A DNA stretch of 64,000 nt from Elsinoe ampelina. Taxonomy: Eukaryota. The DNA lies in the NCBI GenBank assembly GCA_010093995.1, contig ML992505.1:1594670-1658669 (forward strand), written 5' to 3'. The notes beneath the pieces are model-generated. The model was not told the origin of the DNA. It saw only the letters and a program-made list of their open reading frames with translations, and did no database searches. The stretch's first letter is position 1, and each line of letters begins with the position of its first letter. The position numbers and the translations under genes are program-made. Positions 34,650 to 46,197 of this stretch are shown here, in pieces.

Positions 34650-37600
34650 AAGTGGAAATGAAATAATGAATCCTGCGAGCGAAAGGGCCAGATGGAGCTT
34701 CACATGTTGACTCGGGACTAGTGACAAAAGACTTTTGGCGGTGACAAGCTTACGATGTTCGAGATGAATCTTGGGTGAAGGTAAGGACGCTCGCGAGTGT
34801 GGCGTTAGCAAGAGGTTTATTGGTGGCGAGAATGTTTCATGGCTGGGGCCAGTCCGCAGCAGGCGAGACACAGCTGGCTGGGGATGAACGCGTGGAGCCT
34901 GCCACGACCCATAAACGGGTGAGTCAGGGATGGCACAGACGTGGTCGGATGGTGTTTGGACAATGACGGGAGGTCATGGCATACGGGCGAGCCACGGTTA
35001 GGTCTGATAAGCATGTGAAGTGCAGAAAAAAGCGTTGTGGATGGCGTTTTGCATCTCCAGTCGACGATTGCGGCTTGTGAAGACGGTTAGAGAACACGTA
35101 ACAGGCCGGCGGTTTTGACCGTTAGGGGGTGATATCACGAGGCATGTCTTGCATTTCCCCCATCACGTCTGTTCGTTCCGCGAATGCAATCGATCTGTGA
35201 TGATCTGGTGTGGTCTGAAAGAGTGTCAACATGTCCAATGCTTTAGCTTCAATCGGGTCAGCATCGAACCAGATGGTCAGAATGACGTCCAAAAATAGCC
35301 GACGTAGATACCCCAGATTGCTGGCTGTTTCAGCATCCTCGTTATACAGAAGGATCCGGCTCCTTCAGCTACAAGCATATGTAGTGCAGATCTGTTATGA
35401 TCATGCGGCTATCCGTGGCAGAGGACGGTGTAGAGGTAAGCGGGGATGAGTCCTGTCATCTGACTGTACCAAGAAAGACAGGCAAGCATTATTCTGCAGC
35501 TCGATCGTGGTATGGTCCTGCAACAGTGCCCAAGCTCCCAACATGGTTGAGGGGAAAGAACTGGTCGCATCGATGGGAATGGTCGCGGAACAAACCGAAC
35601 CTGATCGCACGGGCGTATGGTCATGTCACCGCTCCATGATGGTGCGGAGTTTGTTGACGGCGGCAGCATTATGACGATGCTGACATGCACCCCTGTATCG
35701 ACAGATATTGTAGGCTTTGCTAGGACAATAAATGCATCGAAAAGAATGTGTCATCTTTCTCACAAAACGTTAGGCGATGAGGTTGGGCGGAGTAGACCCG
35801 TTTTGGCAATCCGATGATAGAGCTCGGTCTTTGTTCCGCAGACCGAGGAGCCCGAAGTGCGCCTCGTTGAGAATCTGAACCTCTCGCAAGGCTGCCCGCA
35901 ATTGTCCCAAGACGCACTGGCCAGCATCGTAAAGCGACCCAGCGATTCTTGTGGAACCGTCTTGTCGGGAAACAAAGGTCAATTGTTCACCAGACGGCGA
36001 TTCGGAGTCAAGACCGCACGGCTGCACGTCCAAGTTGAGATCAATGAGCATCTGGTTGATCAGCATGGGTCTCCTGCACAACACATGTCGTGCCGCCCAT
36101 GGTGTGTGGATTAGCAAGACGTACCTGATCACCTTTGAACTCCCCAACATGGCCGCATGCCACGATGCTAGTTGCAGGACTAAAGGTACACTAAAGCCAA
36201 TTGAGACAAGCCTAAGCGAATGATGATCCAATCGGTGGAGTCGCGCCGTAAATTCACCTTACCCTCCGGGTCCCTCCCCTGCGTGTCCCGCATCCAGATA
36301 TTGACTCTACGCCGTCGTCAATACTCAAGGCGAGTGTCTGATTCATATTGCGATGATGGAATGACTGTGTCTATGGTCGTCAAAGTGACTGACTCGGCTG
36401 CGCAGACAGAAAACATCCAAGCCTTTTGCGGCGCACGTGGCAGATTTTCCAGGGAACAAAAGACGGCTCGATCGGAGAGGGTGGATCAGCAACCTGTCAG
36501 CCTCACCTCTTGCTGCTACCTGTTCAAGTAGGATAAGTTAAGGCGTACCTGCTTTGATCAGCCGCCGTGCCCTTGCATCTGGACAAATTGTGACAGCAGG
36601 TGACTTGTCGCATGTGTACGCTTGACATTCATCATGCGATGGTTGGGTAGAATAGCTGTAGGGGTACAATGGTCCCAAATCGTCCGTATCAGCCACCGCC
36701 GAGTGCCCATTGACCATCGCTCGCCAACCGCAACCTTGATATCCACACCGCGTCCCGTTTCTGTTTCTGGCGTTTGCTCAACTTCACGAGCTCACGTGTG
36801 GTGAGTGGGGCATCGTGCAGATCGTCTGCTGTGCTCGAGTCGTGTGTCAGAGCGTCGTTCAGAGCCGCTGTCGAGTTTACACTTGGCTGACGGATGATGG
36901 GACGAGGCTTGTACTACTGATCAGAATAAGTGTCCATCGTAGAGGACAGCAGAGAACCAAGGCTCTGCCAACGGCGAGCGACCCGAGACAAGGTCGTGGA
37001 CTCGTGTGTTTAGCGGTTCTACCCTTGATTTTGAGAATCAGCAAAAAAAGGTAAGAGGTCTGGGCGCACGGACGACGCATCTTGTTAATCACACATGCCC
37101 GTTCATGCAACTCCAACACCACCACGAAACACATGTCAGCTCCCCTCACCGGTGCTGTCCTTTACTGTCTGGCGTATTCTGTCCTGTCATCGTCCGCCAG
37201 CTGTTCGTCTGCTGGTTCTGTAACACTTTTCGCAGGTCTAGTGACCACTCGCATCCGGACACGAACGCAAACGTCGCTCACGAACAACTCGGCGACCAGT
37301 AAGACGGTAACAATCGGATCGGCGCGCTACTGTATCTGTTCTCTCGAGCATGATCGACGGCGCTAAACCTGTCGCACCTGAACGGGCGGCGCTTTTCTTC
37401 TGGTGTCTGTGATGGAGCCTGGAGGGGCTTTCTCCCACAACAGCCAAAGCACAGGCATGATGCATCATCGCGATGGCTAGCCTAGCCACAGTTTCTGTTC
37501 ACCATCTCTCATTCATGCCGTCCGTGTGTGGGACCTTGTCAGACATTCGAATGTCAGCCCGTCCCTACGCCGTGTCACTACCGAAGCCTGAACCTGATCA

Positions 37601-37867
37601 TGACAGCTCTCCCAGAACTCGCACCTCTCTCACCCCTCTTTTTTGTGGCCACATTTTTTGGGGAGCTTTTGAACAGAGGCGCCGCCTTGTTCTAAATCCG
37701 ACTCTCTTTCCCATCCATGCCGGCCTAAATAGTTACCGGTATCCGCCACACGCACGCCCTCTCGCTCGCCTGTCTTCCCCCTCTCGTCAAAGGTGGTCAT
37801 CCCAATATGTACAAGTTGCATTAGCTGTCTTGTCCAAAAGGTGGCTTCATTACAAATGTCTCTAATC

Positions 37868-39218
37868 ATGGACCCTGTTCCTCCCTTTTCACATTCTACT
37901 TCTTCAACACACATCCACCCTCAACAGCAACACTCTTACCTGGCAGATACTTCACCTCAACAGCCTCATACTGGTTTCCACCCCGTCAATAGAGGTATAC
38001 AGAAAAGGGAGGATTCAAGAAACAGATCCACTTCAGGCGCAACTGCAGCCAAACTTGAAGGTTTACTCCCGGACTCTATCAGAAACGAACTTCCTCTCAG
38101 CCCTGGTAGTCGCCAACATAACCCCAACTGGTCTTCACCAAAGACCTCTCCAAGACCTCATCCATTTCTTTCTTCCTCACAGTCGACAACTGGTTCTCCG
38201 GCTTGGACTCCGATTCCTTCACGATCCGATTCTGGGGTAGTTAGCTCGCAGGCGCATGCGGCTGTATCACATTTGGGTTCTGTAAGCTCGCATCAACCTG
38301 GTCTTCCTTCATCCGCACCGATGAGGTATGTGTTTACCAAAGCTCCGAATAAACCAAGCTGACCTTGTCATCAGCTCTGTAAATTACGGCATGCCTGCCC
38401 AGTATGGGCCATTAGGCATTGACGAGTCTTCCCTCCATGGATCAAGTATGTTCATGACAGGACATGTCTCTGGATATGGAACTAACCTGTCAGATTACCA
38501 ATTCGATACCGCATATCGTCAGCCAATACAACAGCAACAACCTCCTGTCTCACAAGGGTACGACTTTAGCCAAGCTGATACATATGGCACGAGCTCAATG
38601 CGAACGAGTAGTCCTATGCCCGTTCAACAATCATATGGAGACGAGTACAGACTGGCTACGACACACGACGTTCATCGCAATTACACCGCAGACTCGATTC
38701 CTCGTCCACTCCCGTCTTCCACACTTGCATCGAATGCCTCGAGTTATACGTCGTCAGGCTATCAAAGGTAAGCATGCTGAGCATCTCCCATATTTCAATC
38801 AAGCTCACATCTTCTCAGATCGCCAAGCATGTACGATGGCTCAGTCTACGGACACTCAATACCAGGCGCACAGCACATGGCAGGTCAAATTCCCACGACC
38901 ATGGGCTATGGTCAGCCAGTCTACAGCTCGTCATCCATGGCCTCAATGCCTCGATCAATGTCAAGCGTGAGCAGTGACTCGATGCGAGGAGTTCACAGTC
39001 AAAAGCCAAAGCCTCAATGTTGGGAGCACGGTTGTAATGGGCGAAAGTTCTCCACGTTCAGCAATCTTCTACGACATCAGCGGGAAAAGTCTGGAACAGC
39101 TTCAAAGTCATATTGTCCCAAGTGTGGAGCAGAGTTTACGCGTACGACTGCCCGAAACGGTCATTTGGCACATGACAAGTGCTCCAAGCAGAGGAAGGGC
39201 TCATCCGAAGGGTCATAG
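37868..39218 (+). CDS. Putative zinc-finger transcription factor (atypical C2H2/C2HC pair at C-terminus); introns 38326-38374, 38768-38818
   Basis: S/P/Q-rich N-terminus. C-terminal [51 protein letters not shown]. Two in-phase introns link three ORFs. An alternative ATG lies at 37856. Confidence 0.8.
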
Positions 39219-41933
39219 ACATGTCCAGGGCATGATTCACGACGTACATGGAGACGAGACCGCGAGTCTGATTCGACATGACCACGACACGACATCCACC
39301 ACCTTCACCTCGACGACCACGAGGCACACAACCTCTCCACAACGACCGACAACGACTGACACCACTTCCTTGAATCGTGTAAACAGCGCATGATAATATT
39401 CCGAGGGACACAGATCATCCACCAGGTGCAACAGCCGCCTGACTCATCTCACGAACTCAATGAAGGTCTTTTTTGCTTTTCTACTCGCACGGCGTTCTTT
39501 CATCTCGGGCGGCAAGCTCTGGACTCAGAGCTGGGGGATGCGACAGGCCCATTCAGGCCAGGTGTCAGGCAAAGCTGGGAATCGGCACCACCACGAAGCA
39601 AATGTCATCACCAACCATTGGGCAGGCAGCACTGAATTTCTATTTACCCCGGGCAAGAGGTACTCTTCTGGGTACCCGGCGAGCGTTTGTTCATGCAGCG
39701 AGAGTATAGGTACAGTAGTTTAGCTGGCAGGCATAGTACGACAGGCGAGCAGGGAGGGAATGATAGAGTCAAACACCCGGGTCCCAGCTTTTCTTGCGCT
39801 ATACTGTGATTCCTACTCGACCACCGCAACATCCCCCGTCCCCTTTTCCCCAACTATACGCAATAGACGCTCTCGTACGGACGGGAAAACTGCAAAATAC
39901 CCTCCCCCTCCTCCCCCCCGCCGATCTCACCCGGAAGTGCCCCCCCCCCTTTTCCACTGGCCATCTCACCTGCGACCCTTCCCGAGGAGCATGTCTCTGT
40001 CTCTCGCGTGCTGCGGCGTGGGAGTCAAAGACGAAATAAAACGGCGCGCTGCGGCTCATGCTTGCTTACGGCCGGTGGGCCACTGGGCGCGCGCTGGAGT
40101 TGTCCTTGGGGCTGGACGGGGCGGCGATCGGGGAGGGATCAGGGATCGGCGGGAGTGGGTACTGTAAATGGCAGACCCACCTGCGTCTGCAGACTGCGAG
40201 GAGTGCCTGTGCTTTTTTGTAGGGTGCGATGTGATGCCTGTTTTCGGGGATGAATTTTGGTCTAGACACAAGGTTGTGATGGGTTGGGGAGGGCTCGATC
40301 TGGTTGCTGGGGGGGGGGGGGAACGGGCGAGGGTGGGCTTGTGGCGCGGAGTAGACGATGAGGCACGGTGTGGCATGGCAGGCCAGGGCAGGTACAGGTC
40401 TATTCAGTCATGGTGGTGGTTCAACATGTCGTGTCGCACGAATGCCATGCGCAGTACTGTAGTTCTACACAAAGGATCCCCCTACCCAGACCCCTGGGTT
40501 CATTCTCAATCCTGAAGGAGCAACAGACGACTCGACCACGACGTGGTAGAAGTAAAATAGTGCAGGACGAGGTTAGCCCTGCAGAAATTAAAGAGGATCT
40601 TCTGCGACCTGGGGGATTGACGCCGAAGGAACACCAGCGTAGATGCTTGGGAAACCAGGGCGAGTCTACACATGGCGCTGGGAAGGACTGTCGGGGTCCG
40701 GAGAAATTACCCCTCGGAAGAATACTGCGTCCATCCTTCATTCCCTTTGTGCCTGCGTGCAGGTGGCGTTGAGGGATTGCTTTGTGGCAGAACCTGTCAA
40801 TGTCATGCGGGATGGCGTGCATGCATCCTTTCACTGTACTCGCGGAGGGACATACATAAAGTGCAGGTCACTGGACGTATACATACTCTTGTCTGCCTGA
40901 AAACAATGTCAGGCAACCACAGTCACCCAAGGCTCGGATGGCGGCTCACTGTCGATCCCGGCCAAGCAAATCTCGCAAGGTCGAGGTCGCTGCAGACTCA
41001 TTGGAAATGGAAAAAAGGCAAGCTGTGCCGTCTTGGTGTTGAGCATCAGAAGCAGGGTTATGTCGATCTGCCGCTGGCATTCATGCCACTATCGAGGTGT
41101 TCAGAAGAGTGGATGAGGGCTGAACCTTGTGTTCCGTCCATGCGGGACGTGGTGTTGGCGTTGGGTGATCTTTGGGAAGATCTTGGATATTATCGCAATG
41201 GATTTCGAGAGGTTGAGAAAGTCAATTGAGCATTTCGAGATGCGACAAAGATTAGATCTTCTGTTCTCAATGCCCCACGGACCATGATGTTGGTCATGGC
41301 AGTGGATCGTGTGTCCATATCTCGTAATTATTTCGCCGTGTGAAGTCTGAGCTACCGGAGCAATGTAGACGTAAAAGTTGATCAGTGCCTTTGAGGTCGG
41401 AGACTATGGCTGGAATGTAATATTCCGGGCATTCGATTTTGCCCCCTTGTCTAAATTGCGATTGTGATCGCAGGCCAATGGTCAGAGACGCGAGATGCTT
41501 GGCGCGGCGGCCAACTTCATGCGGCGACCTGAACAGTCACTTTGCTCAAGACACGTCATCCAAATACTATATCATCTGTCAGAACATGCCTGGCATCCAA
41601 AATTCCTCCTGATATACCTCAGGAATAACAATCAGCATCATATAGCGACCAGAAAGACCAGCAATGTATCCATCCATGTCGATGCAGTTTCATGTCCACT
41701 TCTCCCACACCAACACCTTGGCTTTATTTATACCGAAACGAATAAGACTAATACACCGGTTAAGAAGAGACATCTGAGTATCCGGTGTATATCTCGCGCA
41801 CAGAATCGTTGTGTATCAAACACTCTCCGCTCCAAGGAGAAATCGACCAGCAGTAGTCGTCACAAAACAGGGAGCCTTAGCTTATACGATAAGCCGATGC
41901 TAGGAAGGATTGCGGCTGTAGTTCACGAGCAGG

Positions 41934-44639
41934 ATGGCATCCATCTTTACCTTTGACCCTGACATACCTCGGGTGTCTTCTCCTTGGGCGAAGCAGTTGG
42001 AGATACTGCGTGGCAAATCTAGCCCCAACCCGCCACCCAACCAAGACGTCGATGCTCACGCCGCTGTCTCCAAGCTGGAGCGAGAGCCTCAAGAAGGACC
42101 GGTGGAGTACAAGCTGCATCTGCTACTCAGACCAAGGCGAGCCTTTTCTCGAGTGTCACGACAATCGCACCTAGCGACAGGACCGAAAACAAAGTCGAGT
42201 GTCCCGACAAGTCGAACCGCCTCAGAGACGAATCTAGGAGGTTCATCGACTCCTACCTATGCCACAAATCATTATAGAAAGCACAGGCTAGAGCAGTTGA
42301 CCACTCAACTTCTATGGAGACTACAGCAGTCCTCGACCAACCATGCTTCTTCCGCATCAAATGTCATATTGCCGCATCTACCAATTGCTTCTGCCGAGTT
42401 ACAACCTCCACCGAGACCAGCAAAGTTGATCCATGGCCTGGAGGAAAGCCAAGGAGCACTTTATGAGATCGGCGTCGCGGATGACGGCACTTTCGTCGGC
42501 CTGTCAGAGGACGAGATGAGGGAGAGTGTCAACAATCTGCGAGCCATGGCCGCATGTCTCGGATGTGAGGTCGAGGTTCTAAGGCGAGTCACTGTCGGGG
42601 AAGCAGAATGGTTGGACGAGTCAGACGTCATTGGAACGACCGCCACAAAAGCCAACCACAGCAAGTTGATTGTTGCGGAAGTACTGGTCAAGCCTTGTTT
42701 CAGTGGTGAGGCTGCCGAAGAGACCGACGAAGACCAGGTCAATCACGTTGCGGATCTTGCTGGGCCAGGCGTGCATTCAATTTCTCAGACTGTAGAAAGG
42801 GAGGCATCAGGAGTCATGCGACAGTTGCGCATTTCGATGGCCGGCGCCACCTCTTCTGGAAAGTCATCTCTACTCGGAACCCTGACCACTTCAGCCTTGG
42901 ACAATGCTCGCGGCAAAAGCAGGCTATCAACTTTGAAGCACAGGCACGAGATCGACTCTGGCCTGACCAGCTCAGTGTCCCAAGAGCTCATCGGCTATCG
43001 CGAAAATGCAATGGGAGAAATCGAAGTTTTCAATTATGCCGCCGAGGACATCACATCTTGGGTTGACATTCACAACGCAGCGGACGGGGGTCGATTGGTC
43101 CTCTTATCAGATTCCGCAGGTCATCCAAGATACCGGCGAACAGCTGTGAAAGGCTTGGTCGGGTGGGCTCCTCATTGGACGCTATTGTGCGTACCGGGCA
43201 ATGAGATGGACGGTGCGCTTTTGGCATCCACTCCGGACCAGCTGGATGTACCTGCTCCTCCCGACACCGACTTGTCTACGGCGTATATGGATCTTTGCCT
43301 GCGACTAGGACTGCCGATCGCTGTAGTGATCACCAAGTTGGATGCTGCGTCCAAGAACTCATTAAGATCTACACTGGCTAATCTGCTGACTCTATTGAAA
43401 GAAGCTGGACGACGGCCGGTCATTTTACCTGCAGCATCAGGTGCCTCTTTTGAGCAGGACACCCAAGTCCTCGGCGCAGTCACCGTCGATCGAGCAACAC
43501 AATTCATCGATGACCCAGCTTTCGACCCTTTCGTCACCGTACCAGTTGTCATGACAAGCGCCGTTCAAGGTACCGGGATCGAGACTTTGCACGCTCTCCT
43601 GTCCACACTCCCAGTTCCGTCGCCCCACCCTGCAGCCGACTACTCCGACCCCCTCTTCCACATCGAAGACATCTACACCACCCCTTCCTCTCCCAGCACA
43701 ACAATTGTAGCTGGCCTCCTCCGCCATGCCCCTATTTACGTCGGCACCGAGCTCTCCATCGGACCCTTCTCCCTCGAAAGTGAAGACAGCGACAGTGACA
43801 CCACCCGCCGCCGCCCTAGCTCAGGCAACCATTCCCGCTCTTTCCCGGGCGCCATCCGTCTCTCCACCCCGCGCAACAGCGACGAGCAAGAGTGGCGCCG
43901 CGTCCGCGTCACAAGTATCCGGAACCTACGCCTACCCGTTAGATCCCTCCAGCCAGACCAAGTCGGGACCGTAGCATTTGACTTCCTACCCTCGCCAAGC
44001 AGCACGGCGCTGTCCACCTCCGCCAACTCCCCTACACCTACTTCAGGTGCTCAGGCGATGAAGGTGGCGCTGGACACCAGTCCCCGGCTATCCACCACAA
44101 CCTCAGCACGAGTAAGGAAAGGCATGATCCTCTCCCCTTCCCCACGACAGGCAGCGAGCACGATCATCGCTCGCTTTTCACGAGATGACCTCGGGAGTTT
44201 GGCAGTGGGTAGCCAGGTGGTGCTGTACATTGCTTCGGTCCGAAGCACGGCCCGTGTCGTCTCGGCTGCCGTCGCGGAGGACATGCTGCCTTCGCATGGT
44301 CTAGTGGGAGGTCTTGCGGCTCTGAACGTGTCGGATCGTCACCAACACAGCCTAGGGAGTGGGAATGGGAACGGGAACGGAAACGGAAACGGCAATGGGA
44401 ACAGAGAAGGTGTTGAGGGTGATCACGGCGTTGAAGAAGTGGTGAGGATCGCGGGACAGATTACCCACGAGGAACTGCTTGTGACGTTCAGCTTCGAGGG
44501 TGGGAGGGAGTTTGTGGAGAGGGGGTCGAAGGTGCTGGTCATGCCGGGCGGGGGCCCGGGGGTTTTCGGCGGCGGAGGGGAGGACAAGGGGACGGCGAGG
44601 TTGGAGGGGTTTGTTGGTGGGGTTGTGGATGTTGCTTGA
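41934..44639 (+). CDS. GTPBP1/GTPBP2-like translational GTPase
   Basis: EPQEGPVEYKL, TQLLWRL, GALYEIGVADDG, G1 GATSSGKSS, RHEIDSGLTSS, G3 DSAGHPRY, G4 ITKLD, G5 TSAVQG. Confidence 0.87.
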   Translation: MASIFTFDPDIPRVSSPWAKQLEILRGKSSPNPPPNQDVDAHAAVSKLEREPQEGPVEYKLHLLLRPRRAFSRVSRQSHLATGPKTKSSVPTSRTASETNLGGSSTPTYATNHYRKHRLEQLTTQLLWRLQQSSTNHASSASNVILPHLPIASAELQPPPRPAKLIHGLEESQGALYEIGVADDGTFVGLSEDEMRESVNNLRAMAACLGCEVEVLRRVTVGEAEWLDESDVIGTTATKANHSKLIVAEVLVKPCFSGEAAEETDEDQVNHVADLAGPGVHSISQTVEREASGVMRQLRISMAGATSSGKSSLLGTLTTSALDNARGKSRLSTLKHRHEIDSGLTSSVSQELIGYRENAMGEIEVFNYAAEDITSWVDIHNAADGGRLVLLSDSAGHPRYRRTAVKGLVGWAPHWTLLCVPGNEMDGALLASTPDQLDVPAPPDTDLSTAYMDLCLRLGLPIAVVITKLDAASKNSLRSTLANLLTLLKEAGRRPVILPAASGASFEQDTQVLGAVTVDRATQFIDDPAFDPFVTVPVVMTSAVQGTGIETLHALLSTLPVPSPHPAADYSDPLFHIEDIYTTPSSPSTTIVAGLLRHAPIYVGTELSIGPFSLESEDSDSDTTRRRPSSGNHSRSFPGAIRLSTPRNSDEQEWRRVRVTSIRNLRLPVRSLQPDQVGTVAFDFLPSPSSTALSTSANSPTPTSGAQAMKVALDTSPRLSTTTSARVRKGMILSPSPRQAASTIIARFSRDDLGSLAVGSQVVLYIASVRSTARVVSAAVAEDMLPSHGLVGGLAALNVSDRHQHSLGSGNGNGNGNGNGNGNREGVEGDHGVEEVVRIAGQITHEELLVTFSFEGGREFVERGSKVLVMPGGGPGVFGGGGEDKGTARLEGFVGGVVDVA
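44361..44402 (+). repeat. Coding hexamer repeat (GGNAAY)7 encoding (GN)7
   Basis: gggaat gggaac gggaac ggaaac ggaaac ggcaat gggaac. Confidence 0.9.
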
Positions 44640-44855
44640 TCTGTTTGTCTATAAAGAGTGAAGCCGGAAGAGAGATGTGAAAGTAGAGCGAGAGGATGAT
44701 CGCACGGTAATACAGGGGGAGGATGAATCAGAAGGAGGGGTGAGGAGCAGTTGTGACATGATTCATAAATTTCTTCAACATATATCTCTGGCACAGCAAG
44801 TCCATTGGTCGACCTCCTGCTCTCCCATCTCCCCTCCTGCTCCCCTTTAACCAGA

Positions 44856-45836
44856 CTATAACTTCGCCCTCACCCCACCCGTCCCCTGCCCCGTCCTTAC
44901 CCCAAACAATCCCTCCTCAACCACCACCTCCAACACCCTCCCCACCCCTTCACTTCCTGCTCCACCCTCCACCCTCCCCACCTCCACCTCCTGCGTATCC
45001 TCCTCCCCCACCCCATTCCCAAACTGGAGCACCACAAAACTCACATCCTCCTTCCCCACCACCGCCATAGGGGCATGCCACGTGCCCGGCCCATACGTCA
45101 CGCCTTGTCCGCCGTGGGCGATGAAGGCGCGGGCTTGGCTGAGGTCTGGGCCGGCGGCGCCACGAGGGGTGAAGAGGTTGGCTGTTAGAGGGGTGGGGAG
45201 GGAGCGGAATTGGATAAGGGAGGCGGAGGGGGGGAGGGGGTTGGGAGTTTCAGGAGGGGAGTGGGATCCGGAGGGGTCGTTTGCGGATGGCTCGGGCAGG
45301 ACGCGGCGGAAGATGGAGGTGAGGGTGGAGCGGGCTTTTTGGGGGACTGTGGTCGTTGGGGATGGTACGGACCGGTGGAGGGAGGGAGGCGTCGACGGGA
45401 GTGTTGGGGCGACGACGACGATGAAGGCTGTTGATCGGTCGGAGGGATCGAGGCCGAGTGGGACGAAAGTTTGGGTGGTGAAGGGGTGGCGTTCGAGGAT
45501 GGGTATGCGGAGGGTTTTGGTTGTGCCTGGGTATGGTAGAGTGGTGGTTCCTTCCGAGAGGGAAGATGATAATGCTCGTGGGGAGCAGACGAACATGGAT
45601 ATTAGAGGTTGAGCTGGTTTCCCGGATGGAGAGATGTTGTAGTGATTTGTGAGGTGCGAGACGTCGATGTACTTCTTCGCGGTGCCCTGATTGGCCGCAG
45701 TGGATTCAGGTATAGATGGCCATGATGATGGATTTCGCGATGGGTTCTCCACCACTGTGCCGAATTGTGAGAAAGATGCTGGGGTCAGTGGCTCAATAGG
45801 AATTCTGATGACCTTCTCGTCCTTTGACGAAGACAT
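44856..45836 (-). CDS. DAL3: Ureidoglycolate lyase, probably peroxisomal (C-terminal AKL)
   Basis: PLTPASFSQFGTVV, ANQGTA, ILERHPFTTQTFVP, AFIAHGGQGVTYGPGTWHAPM, FGNGVGEED; ends ..VRAKL. Confidence 0.9.
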   Translation of the reverse strand: MSSSKDEKVIRIPIEPLTPASFSQFGTVVENPSRNPSSWPSIPESTAANQGTAKKYIDVSHLTNHYNISPSGKPAQPLISMFVCSPRALSSSLSEGTTTLPYPGTTKTLRIPILERHPFTTQTFVPLGLDPSDRSTAFIVVVAPTLPSTPPSLHRSVPSPTTTVPQKARSTLTSIFRRVLPEPSANDPSGSHSPPETPNPLPPSASLIQFRSLPTPLTANLFTPRGAAGPDLSQARAFIAHGGQGVTYGPGTWHAPMAVVGKEDVSFVVLQFGNGVGEEDTQEVEVGRVEGGAGSEGVGRVLEVVVEEGLFGVRTGQGTGGVRAKL

Positions 45837-46197
45837 CTCTTGTACAATAGAGGCGATCTTGGGAGAGCAGCAGTGCAAGATGTGGATTTACTGTATGAAT
45901 GAAGCATGTGCCACGGCTGAGCTTGGAGAAAGGGCAAGACTCGGCTAAAGTTGCACAGGTCGGACAGCGACATCATCGCCGCCCGAAGGTGCCTCTGGAA
46001 AGCTAGACATTCAAGCCAAAGTCGTTGCCTTACAAACCGTTACATCAAACTCCAAACCTCATCGTCGAGCTCTGCGCACCATACCAAGACGCTACCGCAC
46101 TACCACAAAATCAGCTCAAACGCAATCTTCCGCACTCCGAGCCCAATCGCTGCAGCCTACCTTCTCCGTTGTACACGTCTCACATCCGCCTGCCAAC

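Noticed and set aside
35195..35220. Box C/D snoRNA (TGATGA..CTGA)
   Set aside because: The boxes are only ~12 nt apart, with no guide region or terminal stem.
13218..45836. Purine/allantoin catabolic cluster (Dal5-family MFS plus DAL3)
   Set aside because: The genes are 30 kb apart with unrelated housekeeping genes between them, and MFS substrate cannot be assigned from sequence.
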